From: Octopus vulgaris
Lineage: Eukaryota
Direction of reading: 5' to 3'
Length of the DNA: 64,000 nucleotides
NCBI GenBank assembly: GCA_951406725.2
Contig: OX597817.1
Location: forward strand, 102,238,001-102,302,000
Positions 54,034 to 64,000 of the stretch are shown piece after piece. The notes below the pieces were generated by a model that had not been told where the DNA came from, ran no database searches, and saw only the letters and a program-made list of their open reading frames with translations. The position numbers and the translations under genes were made by a program. How positions within the stretch are numbered: the stretch's first letter is position 1; the number at the start of each line of letters is the position of its first letter.

Positions 54034-54266
54034 CAGAGCCGGCGCTTGGAAGAGTGGGGCACAATTAGAGAATTGTCAGTGGGGCTCTCTACTCTACAAA
54101 CGCTGAAGATTGGTATTTTATGCTTCGTGTAGTACACCAGTCCCAGCCAAAAAGCGTTGAGGGCTTGAGATTCCACCGTTAGCCACAATTATAGCATCCT
54201 CTGCTGGAACCTGTGTGCGGGGCCCAGTTTGAACAAATCTATCTAATTGGTTTAAAACCGGCCCTG
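54034..54266. mobile_element. hAT MITE
   Basis: TIRs cagagccgg/ccggccctg and a perfect 8-bp TSD gttacagg (54026-54033, 54267-54274). Confidence 0.92.
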
Positions 54267-54398
54267 GTTACAGGTTTTTCAACTAACCAAAGATAGAACA
54301 AATATCATGTTGGATATTTTGGAAAACACTGGTTTTCCGTTTCCTTATCGTTGTTTATATCTTTCGCCAATACATATTGACGAAATACGCGCGCGCAT

Positions 54399-54657
<259 letters not shown>

Positions 54658-54719
54658 CTTGTGACCAAAGAATATTTAACTTGCAATAAATATGACAGTC
54701 GGAGCTTGCAAGACGATAT

Positions 54720-54990
54720 TTCACAATACACATGCAGTACCTCTGTTTACTGGATTGGTCCGTAGAGGAATTTCGTTCCATAGATATCTTGACATCAGCT
54801 GAAAGTTTCTACAGAAGCGGTGATGTTGTTTATGTCAGAGAAAAGAGCGGGAAGAGAGGATTAAAATCTGTCAGACAGACAGACATTGAACGCCGTGTAA
54901 TATCTCTTAAGCAACATCTATTCGACAACAGACGCAAAAATAAATACATCAGTCAAGTGATCAGAAATGTAGAGAACAAGATCATGTGAA
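54720..54990 (+). pseudogene. R4/Dong-like (RLE-type) LINE fragment
   Basis: LDWSVEEFRSIDILT..GDVVYVREKSGKRGL resembles W...EL..LD..TRK....DV.RLY..R..GGRGL. Confidence 0.65.
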
Positions 54991-55069
54991 CTGGTAGTGA
55001 TGATCTTCCATACAGCTCCGGAATTACTGGATTAGAAAAACTTATACCTACAAATAAAGTTATGCATAC

Positions 55070-55437
55070 CGCAGGAATGGTAAGAATTTAGCTTCCCAAA
55101 CACATGGCTCAGGGTTCAGTCTCACAGCAAGGCACTTCGGTGCCAACCAAAACTTTGTGAGTGGATTTGGTAGACCAGAAACTGAAAAAAGCTGGTCGTA
55201 TATATTTATGTGTGTGTGTGTGTGTATCTTTGTGTCTGTGTTTGTCCCCTACGACCGTTGATAGTGTGCTTATGTCTCTGTAACTTGGCAGTTCGGCAAA
55301 AGTAACCGATAGAATAATTATCAGGCTTTAAGAAAAATAAGTACTAGGGTCGATACAGTGGACTAATTCCCTAATTCGGTGCCCCAGCATAGCTACCACA
55401 GTCTAATGTTTGAACAAGCAAAGGAAAAGATAAAAGA
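55070..55437 (+). mobile_element. CORE-type SINE (family B)
   Basis: Diverged match to the family B pattern. Confidence 0.85.
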
Positions 55438-55637
55438 TATTGTTACATCATTTCACATTTCGAAAGTTATGTTTCTGCAGTCTAAGAGCATGAACAAAAG
55501 AGGCAGTAAAACTAAGATGTGAGCGAAAACGTTGATTCTGTTACATTCTGTTACATTTTTATTGAAGATATAAAGTAAGCAGCTGCTACTTCCAAAAAGT
55601 ATTGTTTTCTATTGCGGCAGGTCTGCACTGGAAGGAA

Positions 55638-55705
55638 TATAGAGAATACTGCTGTTATTGAAAACATACTTATGTATGTGCTCAATAACAGGAGTATTCT
55701 CTATA
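55638..55705. ncRNA. Long near-perfect hairpin (pre-miRNA-like candidate)
   Basis: tatagagaatactgctgttattgaaaacatac-ttat-gtatgtgctcaataacaggagtattctctata, with 29 of 32 positions paired. Confidence 0.3.
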
Positions 55706-55873
55706 GTTATCCCAAAGTAGCTCTTAGCCCGCGAACCACCTCCTTGCTCACCTTGATAGGGGCAAAGATTGTATGTGCAGAAAGGAGCGTTGCCAAATGA
55801 AATGACTCTTTCTGTGATCTCCTTCACCATTCTTCAGAGTAAAGCATGTGCCATTTTGTCAATTGACAATATT

Positions 55874-56291
55874 CTTTTATTCTTTTACTTGTTTCAGTCC
55901 TTTGACTGCGGCCATGCTGGAGCGCCACCTTAAACGTTTTTTTTAGTCGAAGAAATAGGCCTCAGGACTTATTCTATTCTTTGTGAGCCTAGTACTTATC
56001 CTATCGGTCTCTTTGCCGAACTGCTTAGTTTTGGACACGTAATCACACCAACATCGGTTGCCAAACGATGACGGAGAGTCAAACACAGACACAGAGACAC
56101 ACACGTATAAATATATACATATATATATGACAGGCTTCTTTCAGTTTCCGAGTACCAAATCCACTCACAAGGCTTTAGAAGGCTCGAGGCTATAATTGAA
56201 GATACTTGCCTAAATGTGTCATGCAGTGGGACTGAACCCGGAACAATGTGGTTGAGAAGCAAGCTTCTTACCATAGAGCCACGCCTGCGCC
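55874..56291 (-). mobile_element. CORE-type SINE (family B)
   Basis: Matches the family B pattern. Confidence 0.9.
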
Positions 56292-57243
56292 TTCTTACCA
56301 CACAATCATGCCTGATTTGTTGTAATATAATTCTCAATAAACAAAAGATTACATGTTACAGTCTTTTATAAAGCAAATAAGATTCGTGGATATGTATTCA
56401 TGATTGCTGAACTTATTACTTCATATGTGTTCGTACCAGATATAACGTGAACAGGACATCGCTTTCTCGAAATGTCGAAGTCACGGAATAATTTTCTCTG
56501 TGGTTTTAGTTGCTGGAAATATTGTCTTGAAGTGGTGTGCTATTTCAGCTGCTATATCCGCAACACTTAATGAAAATGAAATAATATGAAATTCACTGAC
56601 ACTTCTTTCCTAGTATGCTGTCCTCGTTACCATTCTTTCTATTTTATTTTTAACCTTCATTACTTTCACATTTTACTTCTGGTTATTTCACTGAAAAATC
56701 CATTGAATATTGATTTATATAATTTTAATGACTTTTACAAGTACGGGGAAATCTACGGGCATGTTTTGATCTTATTATGACTTTATCAGTGAAGTATACT
56801 CTTCACAGGAATTGCAGAAGTAACGATACGAGAATCATTAAGTAAAAGTAGAAGAAAGTACAGCCGCTGCAGTAGAAAAATAAAATTGTTTATAGAATGA
56901 ATTACTAAGACACGCAGAAAGGCACAGCCTTTACTAGGCCAATCAGCTTACTAGAAAAAGCAGTCATATTTTCGTCATGGCATCCAACTAGATCGCGGTT
57001 TAAATGCATTTGATAATAGGTCTACTCTTTCATTGCTGACCTGGCGCTAATAAACATCAAACTCAACAAAAATATTATGAAGTCAGCGCTGATTCAGCCC
57101 GATGAAATATCTGCGGGTGTTATCCTGCTTAGTGCATTTCCGCCCCTACTCCTTGTCATACTTTATCCAGTAACACAGATTCAAGATGGAAAGAATCGAT
57201 TCAGGTAAAAAGGAAAAAAAAAAAAAAAACTATTTTACGTCCC

Positions 57244-57356
57244 TCTTCTTCTTCTTCTTCTTCTTCTTCTTCTTCTTCTTCTTCTTCTTCTTCTTCTTCT
57301 TCTTCTTCTTCTTCTTCTTCTTCTTCTTCTTCTTCTTCTTCTTCTTCTTCTTCTTC
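57244..57356. repeat. (CTT)n microsatellite
   Basis: Direct reading. Confidence 0.95.
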
Positions 57357-57628
57357 GTCATTGTCGCCATAGTGATGGCGGTGTTATCTATATTTCTTTC
57401 TTCCCTCCTTTCTTTCTTTTATTTTTCTTTCTTTCTTTTTCTTCTATTAGTTTCGACATTCCACTAATGAAATCAATCTTTATTGAGTACACCGTCTCTT
57501 TGATCTTCCACAACCGGATACTGTCATCTTTGGGGGATGTTTCAAAGTTTACAGTTGGGTGCGAGTTATCGGGAGTGCTTGCAGCATATTGCTGTGCATT
57601 CAGAAAATGCACCACAAGCAATTACCTA

Positions 57629-57663
<35 letters not shown>

Positions 57664-57730
57664 ACTCATGCAAACTTAGGAAATATTATGGGTGATATGT
57701 TTGTATAATCGTGTCTACATAACTGTATAT

Positions 57731-58064
57731 TCTTTTATTTTTTAATTTGTTTCAGTCATTTGACTGCGGTCATGCTGGAGTACCGCCTTTAGTCGAAACA
57801 AATCGAACCCAGGACTTATTCTTTGTAAGTTTAGTACTTATTTTTGCCGAACCGCTAAGTTACGGGAACGTAAACAAACACAGACATACAAACATATATA
57901 CGACAGGCTTCTTTCAGTTTCAGTCTACCAAATCCACTCACAATGCTTTGGTCGGCCCGAGGCTATAGAAGAAGACACTTGTCCAAGGTGCCACGCAGTG
58001 GGACTGAACCCGCAACCATGTGGTTGGTAAGCAAGCTACTTATCATAAAGCCACTCCTGCGCCT
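57731..58064 (-). mobile_element. CORE-type SINE (family B)
   Basis: Matches the family B pattern. Confidence 0.9.
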
Positions 58065-58092
58065 ATATGTGAATGGTATTTATATATGCGTA

Positions 58093-58131
<39 letters not shown>

Positions 58132-59489
58132 TCACTCCACCTTTCTGTCTGTCTATCTGCCTCTGTCTGTCTGTCGGTCTGTCTACATCTCTATTTGCCT
58201 CTGTCTGTCTGTCTGTCTGTCTCTGTCTCTCTCTCTATCTCCGTATCTCTCTCCCTTTCTCATGCATCATCTTTTGTTAGTATCTATTCTTCGTTAAATG
58301 ATGCCGTTTGTAAAAATAGCTTTAAAATATAATTGCAAACTTGCAAACTATGCTGTCACTCCGACTACAACTGATGATGATGATGAGTTTATATCAACAA
58401 CTTTGGGCTTTCTGTGAGACAAGAAATATTGTAAGACGTTCATATTTTACTCCAAAATATTAACAACGTAAGATGAAATGGCGACCCCGGGGAAGCTACT
58501 GACTTATGGACTTGGTTCACGGAGACTTACTTTTAAGAATTTCTATGACTTGACACAATTCTCTCCCACACCACATTCCAACCCCATTTGTTTCTTGAAT
58601 ATAATAGATTCACACATCTCATTAAACATTAATCAAGAATTCAGTACTTATCTGTCCGGCGGTTGTATCTTGCCTGATTAGACACACGCATTCCTTATTT
58701 GAGCCCCGTAGCCAAGGTAAGAAGATAGCTATCGATGTTCTCGTGAAAGGTATTAAAGGATTTATAACTGTAGAATAAATACTCTTAATGATCTTTCTTC
58801 AAAGCTAAGTAGAGAACATTATTCTCAGTACGATTATCTCCAAACTAAAGTTATATACACAGTATTCACAGTCCGAGTTGGTAATTAGAATTTTATGTAG
58901 TTTCCTGTAAATCCAGATGAAAGTTAAGAATTGTAATTGTATTATATGAACGAGATAGGATTTATTTTAAGTCATGAAACACTTGAAAACGATCAAAACA
59001 GGATTAGGTTAAGGTTTTTTCCCCCCAGTATATATTTTTAAGACTATATAAATCTATAAAGATTTATGTAGCGATATCAAAATCGTAAGCGCAGCAACAG
59101 ATACAAAATCGAAAACAAGACACTGGATAATTTTTCAAACAACTTATCCCGAGAAATATACTGCTGGTTACAAGCATACATACGGCGGAAAGATTTTCTT
59201 TCATAATCCCATACTTTCACAGAATACTAAATTTTTACAGAATCAAGAAAAATGGGATCAAATATAGTGTGTGTGCATGTGTGTGTGCATGTGTGTGTGT
59301 GTTTAAGAGGTACCAGATAAACCACCTATACCTGGATAAATCTCAGTCAGTAACAACTCCCCGCTTCCATGAACCATGATACCACAAAACTTGACTTAAA
59401 AATAACTTAACAGATCCTATCCTAGTAAGTTAAACATGGCCTGGGCCAACCTTTGGCCGACACATATCTAAGATATTTAGGTTTATATA

Positions 59490-59690
59490 TATAGTGAGAA
59501 TTTAAAAAAAAAACAACAAGAGACGAAGACGGATGTGTAAACAACAAACAGATGTATTAGTTTACCGTTCGGGAAATGAGAAAGTCTTTTACGTTTCGAG
59601 CCTATGCTCTTCGACAGAAAGGAACACAGAAATAAATAGGGAGAGAAAATAGAAAAAGGTTTAGTGGCTAGCAATCTATTATGGCGAAAA
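59490..59690 (-). mobile_element. Short pLTR-like repeat with minimal hammerhead motif (59586-59621), ending at (TA)n
   Basis: Minus strand reads cttt-CTGTCGA-a-gagc(atag)gctc-GAAAC-GTA-aaag. Confidence 0.7.
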
Positions 59691-59726
59691 TGCGCGCGCG
59701 CGTGTGTGTGTGTAATTTTCATATTG

Positions 59727-59933
59727 GATTCAATTTTGGCACAAGGCCAGCAATTTCGAGGGAGGGGCTGAGTCAATTAAATCAACCCCAGGGCTCAATT
59801 GCTACTTATTTTACCGAGTCCGAAAGAGATGAAAGGCAAAAATCAACTGCGGCGGCATTTGAACCCAGAACGTAAGGACGAGCGAAATGCTGCTAAGCAT
59901 TTTTCCCGGTATGCTAACGATCCCGTCAGCTCA
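59727..59933 (-). mobile_element. SINE family A
   Basis: Reverse-complement match. Confidence 0.85.
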
Positions 59934-60129
59934 CAGTCTTATGTATGTTTCTATATTAATATTAAATATAGGGGTGCCAGTAAAAATGCTTAGCGGCATT
60001 TCGTCCGTCTTTACGTTCTGGGTTCAAATTTCGTCTTGGAGAATGTTTGGCAGTTACTTTCCTTTTTTCTTGGAAGAAAACAAAAAAACAAATGGAACAC
60101 GAGTGGATATGGTTTTGACAATAATGTCA

Positions 60130-60340
60130 TGACTTATGCGGATATAGTAGGAAGATTGTTGCTGATTGTGTGTGATATCTTCCTCATCGTTATGGCAATA
60201 TTGTCATTTTCTATCACAACGCAGAGGTCTGGGAGTATTCCTACCTCTCGTATGCTCTAGTAATTAAAATTTTTTCAACGATTCGTTATTTTGGAATCTC
60301 TTTCGTCCATATGTGAGACGTAGAGGTTAAATATTGCACA
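60130..60340 (-). pseudogene. Highly decayed CR1-like LINE 3' fragment
   Basis: TKEIP...NESLKKF*LLEHTR resembles TKMIP...Y.ERL..L.L.SLE.RR. Confidence 0.35.
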
Positions 60341-60434
60341 GAGCTGAGTCTGAAAGACACTTTCTAACAATGATTAGTCAATCATAACATAGATACCTAC
60401 TACTTTAATGGTTTTCATTTGTGAATCTACCTCC

Positions 60435-60532
<98 letters not shown>

Positions 60533-60546
60533 ATCTATCTGTCCCC

Positions 60547-60583
<37 letters not shown>

Positions 60584-60772
60584 ATTAAGATTTTATTTAT
60601 TTCAGTCATTATACTGCAGCCGTGCTAGGACACCGCCTTCAAGTATGTAGTTGATCAAATCAACCCCATACTTTTTTTTAAAGTCTGGTACTTATTCTAT
60701 CGATCTCTTTCTACCGGCCCACTAAATTACGAGGTACGTAAACGAACACCTATCGTCGAGCTGTGAGGTGAA

Positions 60773-60843
<71 letters not shown>

Positions 60844-61027
60844 ATTCGAATATATATGCATATATATGTGTGTATATATATATAATTATACATATAAAAG
60901 TAGATAAATGGTACAACAAGGCACCAATATTTACTGGAAAATAGCAATCGTAATAAATACGACGCTATTGTATAGCTTCACTGCGTATATACTAGCAAAA
61001 CCGCGTGTGTGCAACAAACATGAAAAA

Positions 61028-61193
<166 letters not shown>

Positions 61194-63374
61194 GGAGGTA
61201 TATATATATTTATATATATACGGCTATGGGCACAACATTATTAGTGAAAGATTATGAACTTCTAAGCTCTCGGATTGTTGTCCACAACTCTATTAACCCT
61301 GAGCTCTATATTCTCAGCCATATAAACAATGAAATTTAGTTCCAATTTGAAGTTTATATAAAATTTGCAAAACTCTAATATAACAGGTAAATTTTGTGAA
61401 CAAGGTCTCTGCTCCACATGTTGTTTCTTGATATTCACTTGTTAATCCGTTCTTTATAAATTCTTTCTCCATTCTCTTTGATATCTTTTTATATTTAATG
61501 TTTTAAAATTTATCTTCTACGCCTCAATTTCTCATGATGAACTTATTTCTTCACCTATTTTTATGAAGTCCCACATTTTTTCACTCTTCTTACACAGATC
61601 TGCCCCTTACCATATATCCTCTCCTTATTCTTATACTTATTTTCTCCTAATATATATCTTATAATCATCTTCTGTCATTAAGCTTCGCTAATTCTTCCTC
61701 TTACAGCTGTTATATCGATATAATCTACTCTTTACACAAGAGACCATCTTGCTATAATTGTTAGATTCAGAGAGATACTCATTTTCTCTCGCCCTCGTTC
61801 GTTTGTTTTACCTGTCGGAACGGTTTAGCATTGGTGGGCTATCAGCCAATATTCTCGCACATCTAGACTAAACAAAATATATTTTCAATGTTATGGACAT
61901 AAGCCGAATTTACCAAGCACTAGAGACATATTTATGTCTGGAGAGAAACATAACAATAAAACAATCTTATTTTTTGTTAGACTGAAATATTTTATTACAT
62001 CTTTCAATTATTGAGTTCCTATTTTGTAGCCCCATTTTGCAAACAACACTTATAAACTACACTACAGCAACAGATGTTAACTAGATATGTAACCAAATTA
62101 TAGAAGATAAATCGTCGTATGGCTAAGTTATAGCACTATATGATTTTCATCTTTCTTTCAAGAAATGCGGTAAATACCCCCATTCACTTTAATTTATCTA
62201 ACAGAGTAGCATAATTATTTTCTTCGTAACTATTCTGTCGTTTCGGTTTCGGATTCGATCATATATTAAAGTAAGCGACTCGGGTTGATCTTAGCCTTGT
62301 GTCGACCCGAGTCACTTTATGAGAAAGGCTTTATGAGAGAAATTTAGTAGAGGAAAGCTGTGTGAAAGTCCGTTGGAGGAAAGTTCTTGTTCTTTGAATA
62401 GTAAACTTAATGCATCACCCGGTTTAACACCACAACTGTCTGTCTTTCGGATAACTTTAGTGAAGTTCTTTCTGTTGCAAGGATTTGGGACGGGTCTGCT
62501 GTCTAAGTATAACTTCCATGCAGCAGTCTAAAAATATCACAGGCAGTGTCTTTCTTTTTCTAATTATCATTAAAAACAGAAGTACTCATGTTGTTTAAAT
62601 CGATTGTAACCTTTCATAACATTTGTAACATTGTGTTAAAGTTAGAAATCATTATTGTTTTCTTTTTGTTGATGACATTGTAGATATCTTAACTGAACTC
62701 GATTCGAAACAACAAGGTCGGTCGGACGTTAATCAGCTTTTTAAGAGTTCTTAAGATAGTGATAACATCTCATTTAAGTAACTTCACATATGCCGTAATG
62801 ACAGGCACAAGTGTATGACAAATAAATTGAGTGATGTAGTGATCAAGTTTCAAGATCTTATTATCAAGATACTAGTTTGCAAGTATCCATAGAGCATATG
62901 TAGATGTAGTTATGTTATTTTGACAGTCGTTGTTAATTGTAATGCATCACTTGGTCACAGTTATTCAGCTGCTATAATACGTTTGTATACAAAGTTCTAT
63001 CCAATTAAAAATTCCCAGTTTAAAATGTTTGTTATACGTAATGTGTAGGTAACTTACTCTGGAAGGGGAAGAGGATGTTATTATCATGGTGATGACAGCT
63101 TCTCCAGAAAAATGTTTGAAAGTCTTATCAAGTTACTGCGGCTGCACTTAACTATATTGGTACCATCGTTGTTCTTTGATGTCTTTTTGTCAATGCTTTT
63201 CTTTCATTGGTATACATAATCAATAATCTCTCTACAGTCATTTTACAATTTATTTCCAAAATGCTAAATCTGTTCTTTTGGCAGTGTGTATTTTAGAGAA
63301 AACACTACATTGAATACTCTGTATATCTTATTCACTGTTTCTTCTTTTTACATAGCATCTCGACATTTTACCCT

Positions 63375-63606
63375 AATAACAATAATAATAACAACAACAA
63401 CAACAACAACATCATCAAGAAGAAGAAGAAGAAGAAGAAGAAGAAGAAGAAGAAGGAGGAGGAGGAGGAGAAGAAGAAGAAGAAGAAGAAGAAGAAGAAG
63501 AAGAAGAAGAAGAAGAAGAAGAAGAAGAAGAAGAAGAAGAAGAAGAAGAAGAAGAAGAAGAAGAAGAAGAAGAAGAAGAAGAAGAAGAAGAAGAAGAAGA
63601 AGAAGA
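63375..63606. repeat. (TAA)(CAA)(GAA)n compound microsatellite
   Basis: Direct reading. Confidence 0.95.
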
Positions 63607-63878
63607 GGACTGCGACACATTTGATGAAACAATAGATCATCTAGTCTCGGGATGTCCTGTGCTGACATCAAACGAATACAAAAATCGCCACGATAGGATA
63701 GGACAATATTCATATTGGAAAATAGACAAATACTTCAAAATCAGCACTCTTGCTTACTGGTATGAACATCATCCTGAGCCAGTCGTTCAAGATAAAAATG
63801 TCACTGTCCTCTGAGATTTTTCAGTCAACACTGACAGAACGACCCAGGCAACTCGACCAGACATAATTATTAAAGACA
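63607..63878 (+). pseudogene. R4/Dong-like LINE fragment: Zn knuckle and start of the restriction-like endonuclease
   Basis: CDTFDETIDHLVSGCPVL..EYKNRHDRIG..WYEHHPEPV..VL*DF..TD....RPDIIIKD. Confidence 0.85.
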
Positions 63879-64000
63879 GGTGTCTTGCAAACAACTTGCA
63901 CATGCAAGCGCTACCAGTTAAAAGCTCCGTATACCGGAAGCTAGCAAGTGTACGGGGTCATCAGGAGAGAATGCGCGCCGTTTCGGGGCCTACCTCTCGA

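Noticed and set aside
63920-63965. SECIS-like AUGA..GA stem on the minus strand
   Set aside because: No apical AA, and the helix register is incompatible with the quartet.

Overview
This window is AT-rich, repeat-saturated eukaryotic DNA, intergenic or deep intronic. The SINE families and microsatellite load suggest a coleoid cephalopod, most likely Octopus; this is an inference. I found no intact host gene, rRNA, tRNA or CRISPR array, and most listed ORFs are microsatellite artefacts or decayed transposon frames. Retroelements include a full-length decayed Tx1/L1-clade LINE (19030-24610), a better-preserved 5'-truncated Tx1 copy (46032-47495), a decayed Naiad-like Penelope element (6360-9345), and RTE, CR1/Jockey-like and R4/Dong fragments. 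DNA transposons include mariner, maT, pogo, Merlin, hAT, Helitron and Helentron-type elements, and there are about 30 copies of two tRNA-derived SINE families. The main findings are: (1) a complete, TSD-flanked 2-kb element encoding only a Tx1-type ORF1 (a 'half-LINE'); (2) a SINE subfamily sharing its 3' tail with the Tx1 LINEs, which with (1) suggests a three-tier Tx1 parasite system; (3) several hammerhead-ribozyme motifs of different sequence in Penelope-type termini, one with an intact core and an unusually long stem II; (4) two long isolated pre-miRNA-like hairpins. All calls were made by eye, and coordinates of decayed elements are approximate.
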